Positions 18,364-26,996 of a DNA stretch of 64,000 nt are shown in pieces. Below the pieces are notes generated by a model. It did no database searches, had not been told where the DNA came from, and saw only the letters and a program-made list of their open reading frames with translations. The first letter of the stretch is position 1. Every line of letters starts with the position of its first letter. The position numbers were made by a program, and so were the translations under genes. This DNA comes from Planctomycetota bacterium (GTDB taxonomy: Bacteria; Planctomycetota; UBA8108; SXIK01): contig OZ244999.1 of the NCBI GenBank assembly GCA_965223265.1, positions 3,061,092-3,125,091 of the forward strand, read 5' to 3'.

Positions 18364-20199
18364 TCAGAGCCAACCGTGAAGCGGGCCACCGGTCGCTCCC
18401 AGACGCTCGATCCGCTTGGCGACGGCGGTGTCCGGGATCAGTGGCGGTGCGTGGTGTGGCTTGATTCTGGCGTCGATGAGCAGAGGCCCGCGACATCCCC
18501 AGTGCTTATTGTCCACGAATGAGTCGACTCCATGCACGTCATGTGATGGATTGGATCGCGTGAAGGTCACCCAGAGAAAGTTCCGCAGCGTCTCGGCGCA
18601 GAATCGAGCATCGTCTACCACGACTACCCACGCGACCTTGCTTAGAGACGATGAGATCGCATGGAGGGTCGTTGACAATCGTTCGATGTCCTGCAGCGCA
18701 GTCGGACGCTGCGAGTAGCGAGGGCCTTCGACGACGAGGGCTCCAGGAAACACCAGTTCCGCCCCGTCGAATCCAGGTGGTAGGTGGAGCTCAGCTGGCA
18801 GGGTCGTTACGAGCTCGCGGCATGGTTTCCCGGCGGCGGCAATGACGAGCTTCGACCCTTCGTTCAGCCCCGTGCCGGAGTAGTCGAGCGTATCGATCGT
18901 CGTCGAGGTCTGAAAATGGAGGTCACGACTCCAATCGGCGCGTTCGAGGACGTGCCGCAAGAAAGCCTCGATGTCGTCGATGTCGAGGCCGGGGGCGTCC
19001 TCCCGCGCCGCGACCAGAAGGTATTTGGCGAGCGAGCACTGGTTGAAGCCGAGGATAGCATTGGCGATCGTCAAAAGCTCCTGCGGCCGCCGTTCAGCGT
19101 ACGGCACATAGCGCTCACTTGCGAGCGCAAGAAGAAGAGGGTGAACGCCCGCCGCGTCGACGGCGTGAAGTGCGTGCAGGCCGGGAATCTGCTTCGGTAC
19201 CATGGGACCGGTGATCTCATGGATCAGCTTGCCGAACGTTGTGTCTTCTTGGGGTGGGCGACCAACGACCGTGAATGGCCAAATAGCGTCAGGGCGATGG
19301 TAGACCGCTTCAACCTCGAGAACCGGAAAGTCGTGGACCAAGCTGTAGTACCCGAGGTGATCGCCGAAGGGGCCTTCGGGGAGCGTGCGACCGGAGGCGA
19401 CGGTGCCAACGATGCAGAAATCAGCATCAGCGGCGACCTTGAACCCGTTGCGTGAAACGTACCGGAAGCGGCGGCCGGCGAGCATCCCTGCGAACAACAA
19501 TTCTGAGAGCCCTTCCGGAAGCGGCATGACAGCGGCGAAAGTATGTGCTGGCGGCCCACCGACGAAAATGCTGACCCTCAGACGCTCGCCGCGCTCGAGC
19601 GCCTGGGCGTGGTGAACTCCAATGCCGCGGTGGATCTGGTAGTGTAGCCCCACTTCCCGATCGACGGCGTAGCGGTTGCCCGCCAGTTGGATGCGATACA
19701 TCCCCACGTTAGAGTGTCTCGCGCCTGGGCGCGAGGCGTCTTCCGTGTAGACCTGCGGTAAGGTGATGAACGGCCCGCCATCGTCAGGCCAGCTGCGTAT
19801 CTGTGGCAACTCCGAGACCCGTGTCGTCGATTCCAGCACCGGTCCGGTGGCGACGCGGCGCGGAAGTGACGTCAGCGCTGTCCAAGGGAGACGCCACTGA
19901 GCGAGAGGCTGGCGGAGCGCCTGGGTGGGGTCGGCCTTCAGCTGCACCGCTCGACGGACGAGATCGAGCGTGTCACGAAAAATGAACCGTGCGCGCTCGA
20001 TCGTTCCGAAGAGATTACAAACAGCAGGAAAACGGCAGCCTTTGAGGTTCTCGAAGAGAACCGCCGGCCCCTGGGTTGCATAAACTCGCCGTTGAATTTC
20101 CGCAACCTCAAGGTCAGGATCAACTTCGTCCCGAATGCGCACGAGTTGTCCATTGCGTTCAAGGTCGAGGACGCACTCTTGCAGGCTAGGATACCCCAT
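18364..20199 (-). CDS. UbiD-family (prenylated-FMN dependent) decarboxylase, probably quinone biosynthesis
   Basis: 611 aa. The N-terminus LDLERNGQLVRIRDEVDPDLEVAEIQRRV is UbiD-like, as are the blocks GVHHAQALERGERLRVSIFVGGPP and FGDHLGYYS. The substrate is not inferable from sequence. Confidence 0.8.
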   Translation of the reverse strand: MGYPSLQECVLDLERNGQLVRIRDEVDPDLEVAEIQRRVYATQGPAVLFENLKGCRFPAVCNLFGTIERARFIFRDTLDLVRRAVQLKADPTQALRQPLAQWRLPWTALTSLPRRVATGPVLESTTRVSELPQIRSWPDDGGPFITLPQVYTEDASRPGARHSNVGMYRIQLAGNRYAVDREVGLHYQIHRGIGVHHAQALERGERLRVSIFVGGPPAHTFAAVMPLPEGLSELLFAGMLAGRRFRYVSRNGFKVAADADFCIVGTVASGRTLPEGPFGDHLGYYSLVHDFPVLEVEAVYHRPDAIWPFTVVGRPPQEDTTFGKLIHEITGPMVPKQIPGLHALHAVDAAGVHPLLLALASERYVPYAERRPQELLTIANAILGFNQCSLAKYLLVAAREDAPGLDIDDIEAFLRHVLERADWSRDLHFQTSTTIDTLDYSGTGLNEGSKLVIAAAGKPCRELVTTLPAELHLPPGFDGAELVFPGALVVEGPRYSQRPTALQDIERLSTTLHAISSSLSKVAWVVVVDDARFCAETLRNFLWVTFTRSNPSHDVHGVDSFVDNKHWGCRGPLLIDARIKPHHAPPLIPDTAVAKRIERLGATGGPLHGWL

Positions 20200-20348
20200 C
20201 GCTCGCAGTCCTATCGGTCGTTTCGTCTCGGTTGGTCGTATCGAATCGACGCGAAGTATACTCGTACTTTGAGTGGCAAGAAAAGGTCACTCGTGCGGCA
20301 CATGATCTCGTTGGGGGCCGCGGAACCACTAGGGGGATGTGAACGTCG

Positions 20349-21005
20349 ATGCTGCGCTACTTCATCCGGCGACGCACCATTTGGTGTCCGACTCTACTCG
20401 GCGGTTTGACTCTTCTCGCTCTGGTTGGGGGTGCTGTGGTACTAACGATCTCGTATGCACACGGTTTTTTAGCGGTTTCGGAGCGCGAGGCGTCGGCTGA
20501 AGTGCTCGTGATCGAGGGGTGGCTTCCCGACTACGCACTCGCTGTCGCCGTGAAGGAGCTCGAGACCGGCGAGTACTCGCACGTTTGCGTCGGCGGCGGC
20601 CCACTGGATCACGGGAATTATCTCAGCTCCTACCGCAGCTATGCGGAACTGAGTGCGGCCAGTCTCAAAGCCTTGGGGGTCGCCGCAGATCGCGTCATCG
20701 TCGCGCCAGCAGCGAACACTAGGCTCCACCGAACGTATGAGTCGGCACGCGCAGTGCGTCGCGCACTTGAGGATTCTCGGGCGAATGTCGCCGCAGTCAA
20801 TGTTTTGACGCTTGGCGTTCATGCTCGGCGTTCTCGACTCGTCTTCAAGAAGGAGTTCGGTGACATAGCGGTGGGAGTCATCTCGGTGCCGAGAGAGGAC
20901 TACGATCCGGCGCGCTGGTGGGCGTCGAGTGCTGGAGCCAGAGTCTTGCTCGTCGAAGGCGTCGCATGGATGCACGAATGGCTCTTTGACTCGGGCCGTG
21001 AGTGA
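20349..21005 (+). CDS. DUF218 (YdcF/ElyC/SanA-like) membrane-anchored protein
   Basis: N-terminal TM segment (LLGGLTLLALVGGAVVLTI), then the DUF218-like core VLVIEGWLPDYA...VCVGGGP...TLGVHARRSRLVF. Confidence 0.6.
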   Translation: MLRYFIRRRTIWCPTLLGGLTLLALVGGAVVLTISYAHGFLAVSEREASAEVLVIEGWLPDYALAVAVKELETGEYSHVCVGGGPLDHGNYLSSYRSYAELSAASLKALGVAADRVIVAPAANTRLHRTYESARAVRRALEDSRANVAAVNVLTLGVHARRSRLVFKKEFGDIAVGVISVPREDYDPARWWASSAGARVLLVEGVAWMHEWLFDSGRE

Positions 21006-21153
21006 AACGGCTAGGATCTGCTTCGCTCTCGGTGGTGGGACGACGGTCCGGTAACGGACGGCGTTGGTCAGAGATTGATGATATGTTAGGGAGGGTGGAG
21101 TAGCGTGAGCGGCACCCGTTCGCGGTCAAAACAAGCGACAGGCTTTGAGCGCC

Positions 21154-22338
21154 ATGAGTCCCGACCAAACGGAAGAATTACAGGCTCTCCGGCAGAGCGT
21201 CGCCCGTTTCGCGTCAGAGCGCATTGCGCCATTTGCGCAGGAATGGGACCGTAAGGAGGGATATCCTGACGATCTCGTGCGCCACCTTGCGGCTCAGGGG
21301 CTGTGGGGCATCCGGATCGACGAAGCCTACGGCGGCGCCGGAGGCGACTACGCTATGTTTGCCGTCGTGCTCGAAGAGCTCGCGCGTCATGACGGCGGTG
21401 TTGCACTGGCTGTCGAGGCGCACAACGGACTGTGCTGCGAGCACATTGCTTTGGCTGGCAGCGACTCGATCAAACAGCGGTTCTTGCCGAGTCTCGCCCG
21501 GGGGGACGTCCTCGGAAGCTGGTGCCTCAGCGAACCTGACTCCGGTACAGACGCCGCCGGAATGAAGACGCGCGCTGTGCGTGACGGCGACACGTGGGTG
21601 CTCAACGGCACGAAACAGTTCATCACGAACGGCCATCGCGCCGGCCTTTTTGTCGTCACCGCGGTGACGTCAGCTGAAGGCGGACGCAAAGGAATCAGCG
21701 CGTTTGTGGTGGAGCGCGATACGCCCGGGCTGGAGACTGGGGCGCTTGAGGACAAGCTTGGGATGCGTTCGTCGGACACAGTCACGGTGAGTCTCTCGGA
21801 CGTACGCGTGCCTGATGATCAGCGGCTCGGCGCTGTAGACGGCGCCTTTGACGACGTCAAAGTGATCCTGGCGCAAGGTCGCGTCATGATTTCGGCGTTG
21901 TGCCTCGGACTCGCACGCGGTGCACTCGAAGAGAGCGTGCGCTATGCGGAAGAGCGACACGCATTTGGGCAACCGATCGCTAATTACCAACTGATTCAGG
22001 CGAAAGTTGCTGACATGGCGATTCAACTGGAGGCGGCGCGCGCGCTGGTTCGTGGAGCTGTCGAACGTCTGGATCGCGGTGAAAGTGTTGCATACGAGTC
22101 GGCCGTGACGAAGGTTTTTGCTTCGGAGATGGCGACCGCTGCCTGTCTTCAGGCCATCCAGGTGCACGGCGGCTATGGATACCTGAAAGACTACAACGTC
22201 GAACGCTACTTGCGTGACGCGAAGCTGTGCGAGATCGGTGAAGGAACGAGTGAGATTCTTCGGATTCTCGTGGCGCGTGGATTGTTTGCGCGGATGGGGC
22301 GGTCCGAATCGACGCAGGTCGGAAAGGCGACTCGATGA
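21154..22338 (+). CDS. acyl-CoA dehydrogenase (isovaleryl-/citronellyl-CoA dehydrogenase-like)
   Basis: ACAD blocks LSEPDSGTDAAGMKTRA, WVLNGTKQFITNG, QVHGGYGYLKDYNVERYLRDAKLCEIGEGTSEI. The stop overlaps the next ATG (ATGA at 22335). Confidence 0.85.
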   Translation: MSPDQTEELQALRQSVARFASERIAPFAQEWDRKEGYPDDLVRHLAAQGLWGIRIDEAYGGAGGDYAMFAVVLEELARHDGGVALAVEAHNGLCCEHIALAGSDSIKQRFLPSLARGDVLGSWCLSEPDSGTDAAGMKTRAVRDGDTWVLNGTKQFITNGHRAGLFVVTAVTSAEGGRKGISAFVVERDTPGLETGALEDKLGMRSSDTVTVSLSDVRVPDDQRLGAVDGAFDDVKVILAQGRVMISALCLGLARGALEESVRYAEERHAFGQPIANYQLIQAKVADMAIQLEAARALVRGAVERLDRGESVAYESAVTKVFASEMATAACLQAIQVHGGYGYLKDYNVERYLRDAKLCEIGEGTSEILRILVARGLFARMGRSESTQVGKATR

Positions 22339-23696
22339 TCCGCATCGCTAGCGGTCAAGCGTTTTGGGGGGACTGGTCGCAAGCCCCGGCTCTCCAAGTT
22401 CGCTCCGGACCGATCGACTATCTGATCTTGGATTATCTGGCCGAAGTCACGATCGCGATTCTCGACAAACAGCGCGAACGCGACGCCGAGGCCGGGTTCG
22501 CCCGAGATTTTGTCCGTGACATCGGCGATCTTCTTGAAGAGCTCGTGGCTCGAAATATCAAAGTCATCGCGAGTGCGGGCGGAGTGAATCCATACGGCTG
22601 CGCGGAGGCGCTGTGTCAACGGGCGGCGGAGTGTGGCCTGCGCGGAATGAAGGTCGGCGTCGTGAGCGGCGACGACATCCGGTCGTCTCTTTTCCTCGGC
22701 GGAGGTGACGGCCGTGTTGCCTGCCAGCCGCTTGAGTCATCTGCCCCAGATTTCGCCGCGATCGCACCGCAGATGAGCAGCGCTCACGTCTACCTTGGTG
22801 CAGAACCCATCGCCGCAGCGCTGCGCGGCGGAGCGCAGATCGTCGTCACTGGGCGCTGCACCGACACTGCACTCGCGCTTGGACCGATGATCCACGAGTT
22901 CGATGTCGCCGCGGACGACTGGGATGCTCTGGCGCTGGGAACCGTGGTCGGACACATCCTCGAGTGCGGCGGACAGTCCACAGGCGGCAACTACATGGCC
23001 GACTGGCGATCGGTCCCGGATGTCGAGCGACTTGGCTTCCCGATTGCTGAAGTTCATTCCCGCGAACGCGCCACGGTGACCAAACATGAGTCGCTCGGGG
23101 GGATCGTCGATCTTGCTTCCGTCAAGGAACAGCTGCTGTACGAGATCGGCGATCCGTCAGCGTACATAACCGCAGATTGCGTCGTCGATTTCACGACGAT
23201 TCAGTTGCGGCAAGAGGACACCAATCGAGTCGAAGTGACGGGAGTGCGAGGCAAACCGGCACCGTCGACGCTTAAGGTTTCGTGCATTTACGACGCAGGC
23301 TGGAAGGTGACTGGCCAGTTGACGTACTGCTGGCCAGATGCCGTCGAAAAGGCTCGACGAGGCGGTGAGATCGTGAGGCGCCGCACAGAGACGAAAACTG
23401 GCGCGGTTTTTGACGAGTGGCGAGTCGAGCTCGTCGGGGTCGATTCGTGCCACGGCCCGCTCACATCTGTAGCGGCCGAACCACAGGAAGTCACGCTGCG
23501 TGTTTCGGCGCGGTCCACGAGTCAGGAAGCTTGCGAGGAAGTAGGGCGTGAGATCATTGGGTTGATCCTGACAGGCCCTCCCGGAGTGACCGGGTATGCG
23601 GGCGGACGCCCAAGAGCTTCGCGACTGCGAAATATTTGGTCTGGCCTCGTGCCGCGGGCGTGTGTGCAGCCAAACGTTGAGGTGATTTCCGCATGA
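22335..23696 (+). CDS. AtuA-like protein (DUF1446, acyclic terpene utilisation family), N-terminal and major part
   Basis: DUF1446-like start MIRIASGQAFWGDW...IDYLILDYLAEVT, plus GRCTDTALALGP and HILECGGQSTGGN. Both gene ends are translationally coupled (ATGA). Confidence 0.7.
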   Translation: MIRIASGQAFWGDWSQAPALQVRSGPIDYLILDYLAEVTIAILDKQRERDAEAGFARDFVRDIGDLLEELVARNIKVIASAGGVNPYGCAEALCQRAAECGLRGMKVGVVSGDDIRSSLFLGGGDGRVACQPLESSAPDFAAIAPQMSSAHVYLGAEPIAAALRGGAQIVVTGRCTDTALALGPMIHEFDVAADDWDALALGTVVGHILECGGQSTGGNYMADWRSVPDVERLGFPIAEVHSRERATVTKHESLGGIVDLASVKEQLLYEIGDPSAYITADCVVDFTTIQLRQEDTNRVEVTGVRGKPAPSTLKVSCIYDAGWKVTGQLTYCWPDAVEKARRGGEIVRRRTETKTGAVFDEWRVELVGVDSCHGPLTSVAAEPQEVTLRVSARSTSQEACEEVGREIIGLILTGPPGVTGYAGGRPRASRLRNIWSGLVPRACVQPNVEVISA

Positions 23697-24091
23697 AGAT
23701 GCGACTGCTCCTGTTGGCTCATGGTCGCTCCGGTGACAAGGGCGACACCGTCAACATCGGCATCATTTCCCGTCGGTCGCAGTGGTATCCTGAACTGAAG
23801 CGACAGCTCACTGCTGAGCGCGTCAAGGAGTACCTGAGTCCTCTCGATATCGGCGACGTTGAGCGCTACGACTTGGACAACCTCGAAGCGTTCAATTTCG
23901 TCATCGCCCATGCTCTCAGCGGTGGTGGTGCGGTGTCGCTGCGTCTCGACGCGCAAGGAAAGACGTACGCGCAGGCGCTTTTGCGGCTGCCCATGGATGT
24001 TCCGGACAATGTCGGCCGCGAGGTGCTTGAGGCTTGGGGGGATCGATTACCGCGAGACGGCATCCTGACAACCGACCAGGCTCCGGTGTGA
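23693..24091 (+). CDS. small protein corresponding to the C-terminal domain of full-length AtuA (split AtuA)
   Basis: 132 aa. LLLAHGRSGDKGDTVNIGIISR...LEAFNFVIAHALSGGGAVSLRLDAQGK resembles the C-terminal module of fused AtuA proteins. The start overlaps the upstream stop (ATGA). Confidence 0.55.
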   Translation: MKMRLLLLAHGRSGDKGDTVNIGIISRRSQWYPELKRQLTAERVKEYLSPLDIGDVERYDLDNLEAFNFVIAHALSGGGAVSLRLDAQGKTYAQALLRLPMDVPDNVGREVLEAWGDRLPRDGILTTDQAPV

Positions 24092-24176
24092 ATCGGTGTA
24101 GCAAACGGGTGTGCGGTCGTGGTGGCGACTCGCCTGCACGACCGCGGGATCTCAGCGGAGGAGGCGCGTTTTGACG

Positions 24177-24959
24177 ATGAGCCTTGTGATCTCGAAGACC
24201 ACGAACGGCGTATGCCACGTCGAGCTCAATCGTCCGGAGAAGCGCAACGCTCTTTGCTTCGACTTGCTCGGCGAGCTGGCAACTGAGATCCAGCGCGCAC
24301 AGAACGATCCGGCTACGAGCGTTTTGCTCATGACCGCGCGTGGTCCAGCGTTTTGCTCCGGCATGGATCTGAAGGCAGTCGACCTAACGGATCGAGGCAT
24401 CGCGCAGCAATTCGGTGACGCTCTTGCCGAAGTATACCAGCGCCTGCTAGGACTCGACGTGCCTCTCGTCGCTGCGGTCGACGGACCCGCACTCGGCGGC
24501 GGCCTCGGACTCGCTGTGGCGGCAGATTTCGTCTTCGCGGGAGGCAAGGCTCGCTTCGCTCTTCCCGAGACACGACTCGGCTTGGTCCCTGCACTCGTCT
24601 CGGTGGTAGCGCGGCGCCGTTTGACGTTACAGCGACTCGTTGCTGTCACGGTCTGTGACGCTTTGTTCGACGCTCGCGAAGCCGTCGCCAGCGGGCTTGC
24701 CGACGTCTACACCGAGGACGCAGGATCCGCGGCTGCCATCGAGCACTCACAACGACTCGCTCAAGAGCGATCGAGCGCGGCCGCGCAGCGTACGAAACGT
24801 TTTCTGAGGCAATTTGAACCCGACGTCGTCAGCCAACAACTCTCGCGCGCCAGTGCAGAATTCGTCGCTGCCGTCGCGATGCCTGAAGCTCAACGTGGGC
24901 TCGCGGCTTTTCGTCGTGGCGAGACGGTGTCATGGTGCGCCAATACAGGGCAGGAATGA
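24177..24959 (+). CDS. enoyl-CoA hydratase/isomerase (crotonase) family protein
   Basis: ATG 24177 gives MSLVISKTTNGVCHVELNRPEKRNAL. The oxyanion-hole region is FCSGMDLK and GPALGGGLGLAVAAD. Confidence 0.85.
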   Translation: MSLVISKTTNGVCHVELNRPEKRNALCFDLLGELATEIQRAQNDPATSVLLMTARGPAFCSGMDLKAVDLTDRGIAQQFGDALAEVYQRLLGLDVPLVAAVDGPALGGGLGLAVAADFVFAGGKARFALPETRLGLVPALVSVVARRRLTLQRLVAVTVCDALFDAREAVASGLADVYTEDAGSAAAIEHSQRLAQERSSAAAQRTKRFLRQFEPDVVSQQLSRASAEFVAAVAMPEAQRGLAAFRRGETVSWCANTGQE

Positions 24960-26602
24960 ACCGCAAGACAAAGCCGCTGAGTCCTCACACTGCTGTCCTA
25001 CAGGACCTAGAAAGACGATTGGCCGAGCAGTCAGTCGCAGGTTCCGAGGCCGCTATTGCTCGCCAGCACAGCAAGGGCAAACTGACAATTCCTGAGCGAC
25101 TCGATCTGCTGCTAGATCGGACCGCCGATCGTTTCGAGATCGGAGCGTTTGCCGCCGACGGGATGTACACCGACCAGGGACGCATCGTCGCCGCAGGAGT
25201 TCGGGTCGTGATCGGCAAGGTCTCCGGTCGGGACTGCATCGTCATCGCGAATGACTCCATGGTCAAAAGTGGCACCTGGTTTCCTCTGACGATCCGAAAG
25301 ATCTTACGGGCGCAGGAGGTGGCCATGGAAAACCGCCTGCCGGCGATCTACTTGGTCGATTCCGGCGGCCTCTTCTTGCCGTTACAGCATGAGAGCTTTC
25401 CGGACCACGACGGAGCTGGCCGAATCTTCTACAACAACGCCCGCTTGTCTGCCCTCGGTGTACCGCAGATTGCCGCCGTCATGGGGCCATGCGTTGCGGG
25501 CGGCGCGTACATTCCAGCTCTTTGCGATGAGCTCCTCATGGTTCAAGGCACGAGCGGCATTTTCCTCGGTGGACCTTACTTGGTCAAAGCCGCGATCGGC
25601 GAGGACGCCGACAGCGAGGCGCTGGGCGGAGCGTCAACGCACACGAAGCTGAGCGGTATGGCTGACTTTGAGGACGCGACAGAGGAGCGGTGTCTCGCAC
25701 GCGTGCGGCGTCTGGCCGCGCAGTGGCCGTCGTGTGAGCCTCGAGACGGAGACAGCGACGGTGCGGCCAGCGAGCCGCCGTCAGTGGTTGATCGGGTGTC
25801 CCCGGAGGGGGATCCGGCCTCGATTTTGACGATTCTTCCTGAGGATCGACGCAGCGCGTATGACATGAGAGAGCTCTTGGCGCATGTCATCGATCGGGGT
25901 AGCTGGGAGGAGTACAAGGCGGATTACGGCAAGACGCTTCTCACTGCCACGGCTCGTATCGGCGGCAAAGCCGTCGGCATCGTCGCGAACCAGCGTCTGG
26001 TCACGAAGAACGCTGCTGGGGAGATGCAGATTGGAGGCGTCATCTACTCAGACTCAGCGAGCAAGGCCGCGCGGTTCGTCCTCGGGTGTAACCAGAAGTC
26101 CTTACCGCTCGTCTTTTTCCAAGACGTCACGGGTTTCATGGTGGGGACGCGCGCCGAGCAAGGCGGAATCATCAAGGACGGTGCTAAGCTTGTCAGTGCC
26201 GTCAGCAATTCACGCGTACCGAAGATCACTGTGATCGTCGGTAACAGCTATGGTGCAGGCAACTACGCGCTGTGTGGGCGTGCCTACGCACCTCGATTCC
26301 TCCTCGCCTGGCCGACAGCGAGCATCGCCGTCATGGGAGGCGAGCAGGCCGCTGACACGATCTTGAGTATCGAGAAGGCGAAGGCGAAAGGCACGCTGAG
26401 CTCCGACGAAGAGAGCGAAATCCTCGCGAGAATTCGGCGCGCGTACGAAGCCTCCGAGTCGCCCTACTACGCCGCAGCTCGCCTTTGGGCTGATGCGATC
26501 ATCGATCCACGCACGACGCGCGACGTGCTGAGCCGACTTCTCGACATCACCGCGCGGGCCCCGCAAGAGGACAGTTTCAATCTCGGCGTCTTTCAAGTCT
26601 GA
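24956..26602 (+). CDS. acyl-CoA carboxylase carboxyltransferase (beta) subunit, methylcrotonyl-/geranyl-CoA carboxylase-like
   Basis: About 548 aa. Carboxyltransferase blocks are IANDSMVKSGTW, VDSGGLFLP, MGPCVAGGAYIP, FFQDVTGFMVG and VGNSYGAGNYA. ATG 24956 overlaps the crotonase stop (ATGA). Confidence 0.9.
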   Translation: MNRKTKPLSPHTAVLQDLERRLAEQSVAGSEAAIARQHSKGKLTIPERLDLLLDRTADRFEIGAFAADGMYTDQGRIVAAGVRVVIGKVSGRDCIVIANDSMVKSGTWFPLTIRKILRAQEVAMENRLPAIYLVDSGGLFLPLQHESFPDHDGAGRIFYNNARLSALGVPQIAAVMGPCVAGGAYIPALCDELLMVQGTSGIFLGGPYLVKAAIGEDADSEALGGASTHTKLSGMADFEDATEERCLARVRRLAAQWPSCEPRDGDSDGAASEPPSVVDRVSPEGDPASILTILPEDRRSAYDMRELLAHVIDRGSWEEYKADYGKTLLTATARIGGKAVGIVANQRLVTKNAAGEMQIGGVIYSDSASKAARFVLGCNQKSLPLVFFQDVTGFMVGTRAEQGGIIKDGAKLVSAVSNSRVPKITVIVGNSYGAGNYALCGRAYAPRFLLAWPTASIAVMGGEQAADTILSIEKAKAKGTLSSDEESEILARIRRAYEASESPYYAAARLWADAIIDPRTTRDVLSRLLDITARAPQEDSFNLGVFQV

Positions 26603-26991
26603 GTGATCGGCGCTGGGTGACGACGCGACGAGGCTGCTGGTGCGGGGCTGCGTGGCGGAACGGTGATTCTGGGTTGCGCGGTCGCTTCGCAGGTCTCGGG
26701 ATGGTCGGCGTGTGGGTGGGAGTGGGAGTGCTCTGCGTCTGATTCTGTATCCGTATGCGTGTCTGCCTCCGCCTCTGACTCTGCCTCCGCCTCTGACTCT
26801 GCCTCCGCCTCTGACTCTGCCTCCGCCTCTGACTCTGCCTCCGCCTCTGACTCTGCCTCCGCCTCTGACTCTGCCTCCGTCTCTGACTCTGCCTCCGCCT
26901 CTGACTCTGCCTCCGCCTCTGACTCTGCCTCCGCCTCTGACTCTGCCTCTCCCAGTCGTTCTCCCGCTCGATCGCCGACTCCGTATCCCAC
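26593..26991 (-). CDS. hypothetical acidic repeat / His-rich peptide (ESEAEA)n; coding status uncertain
   Basis: GTG start lies 5 nt after the glycosyltransferase stop on the same strand. The repeat period is 18 nt, which is 6 codons. The product reads ...GEAESEAEAESEAEA...DTHTDTESDAEHSHSHPHADHPE. By eye, third-position GC is lower than in neighbouring genes, and two other frames are also open across the repeat. Confidence 0.2.
   Translation of the reverse strand: MGYGVGDRAGERLGEAESEAEAESEAEAESEAEAESETEAESEAEAESEAEAESEAEAESEAEAESEAEAESEAEADTHTDTESDAEHSHSHPHADHPETCEATAQPRITVPPRSPAPAASSRRHPAPITQT
26763..26950. repeat. 18-bp perfect tandem repeat, 10 full copies plus a partial copy
   Basis: The unit CTGCCTCCGCCTCTGACT repeats head-to-tail from 26763 to 26942, with one C-to-T variant in the copy at 26871. 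A partial copy follows. The array lies between the convergent ends of the carboxyltransferase (26602) and the glycosyltransferase (26997). Confidence 0.95.
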
Positions 26992-26996
26992 GTGTT

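Noticed and set aside
20233-20252. A tRNA T-arm-like sequence GGTCGTATCGAATCGACG in the ubiD/DUF218 intergenic region.
   Set aside because: No acceptor, D or anticodon stems can be built around it, so it is not a tRNA.
26763-26950. Possible CRISPR array or plasmid-type iteron set.
   Set aside because: The units are strictly head-to-tail with no spacers, so this is not a CRISPR array. No cas, rep or par genes are nearby, and 18-bp contiguous spacing is unlike typical iteron organisation.
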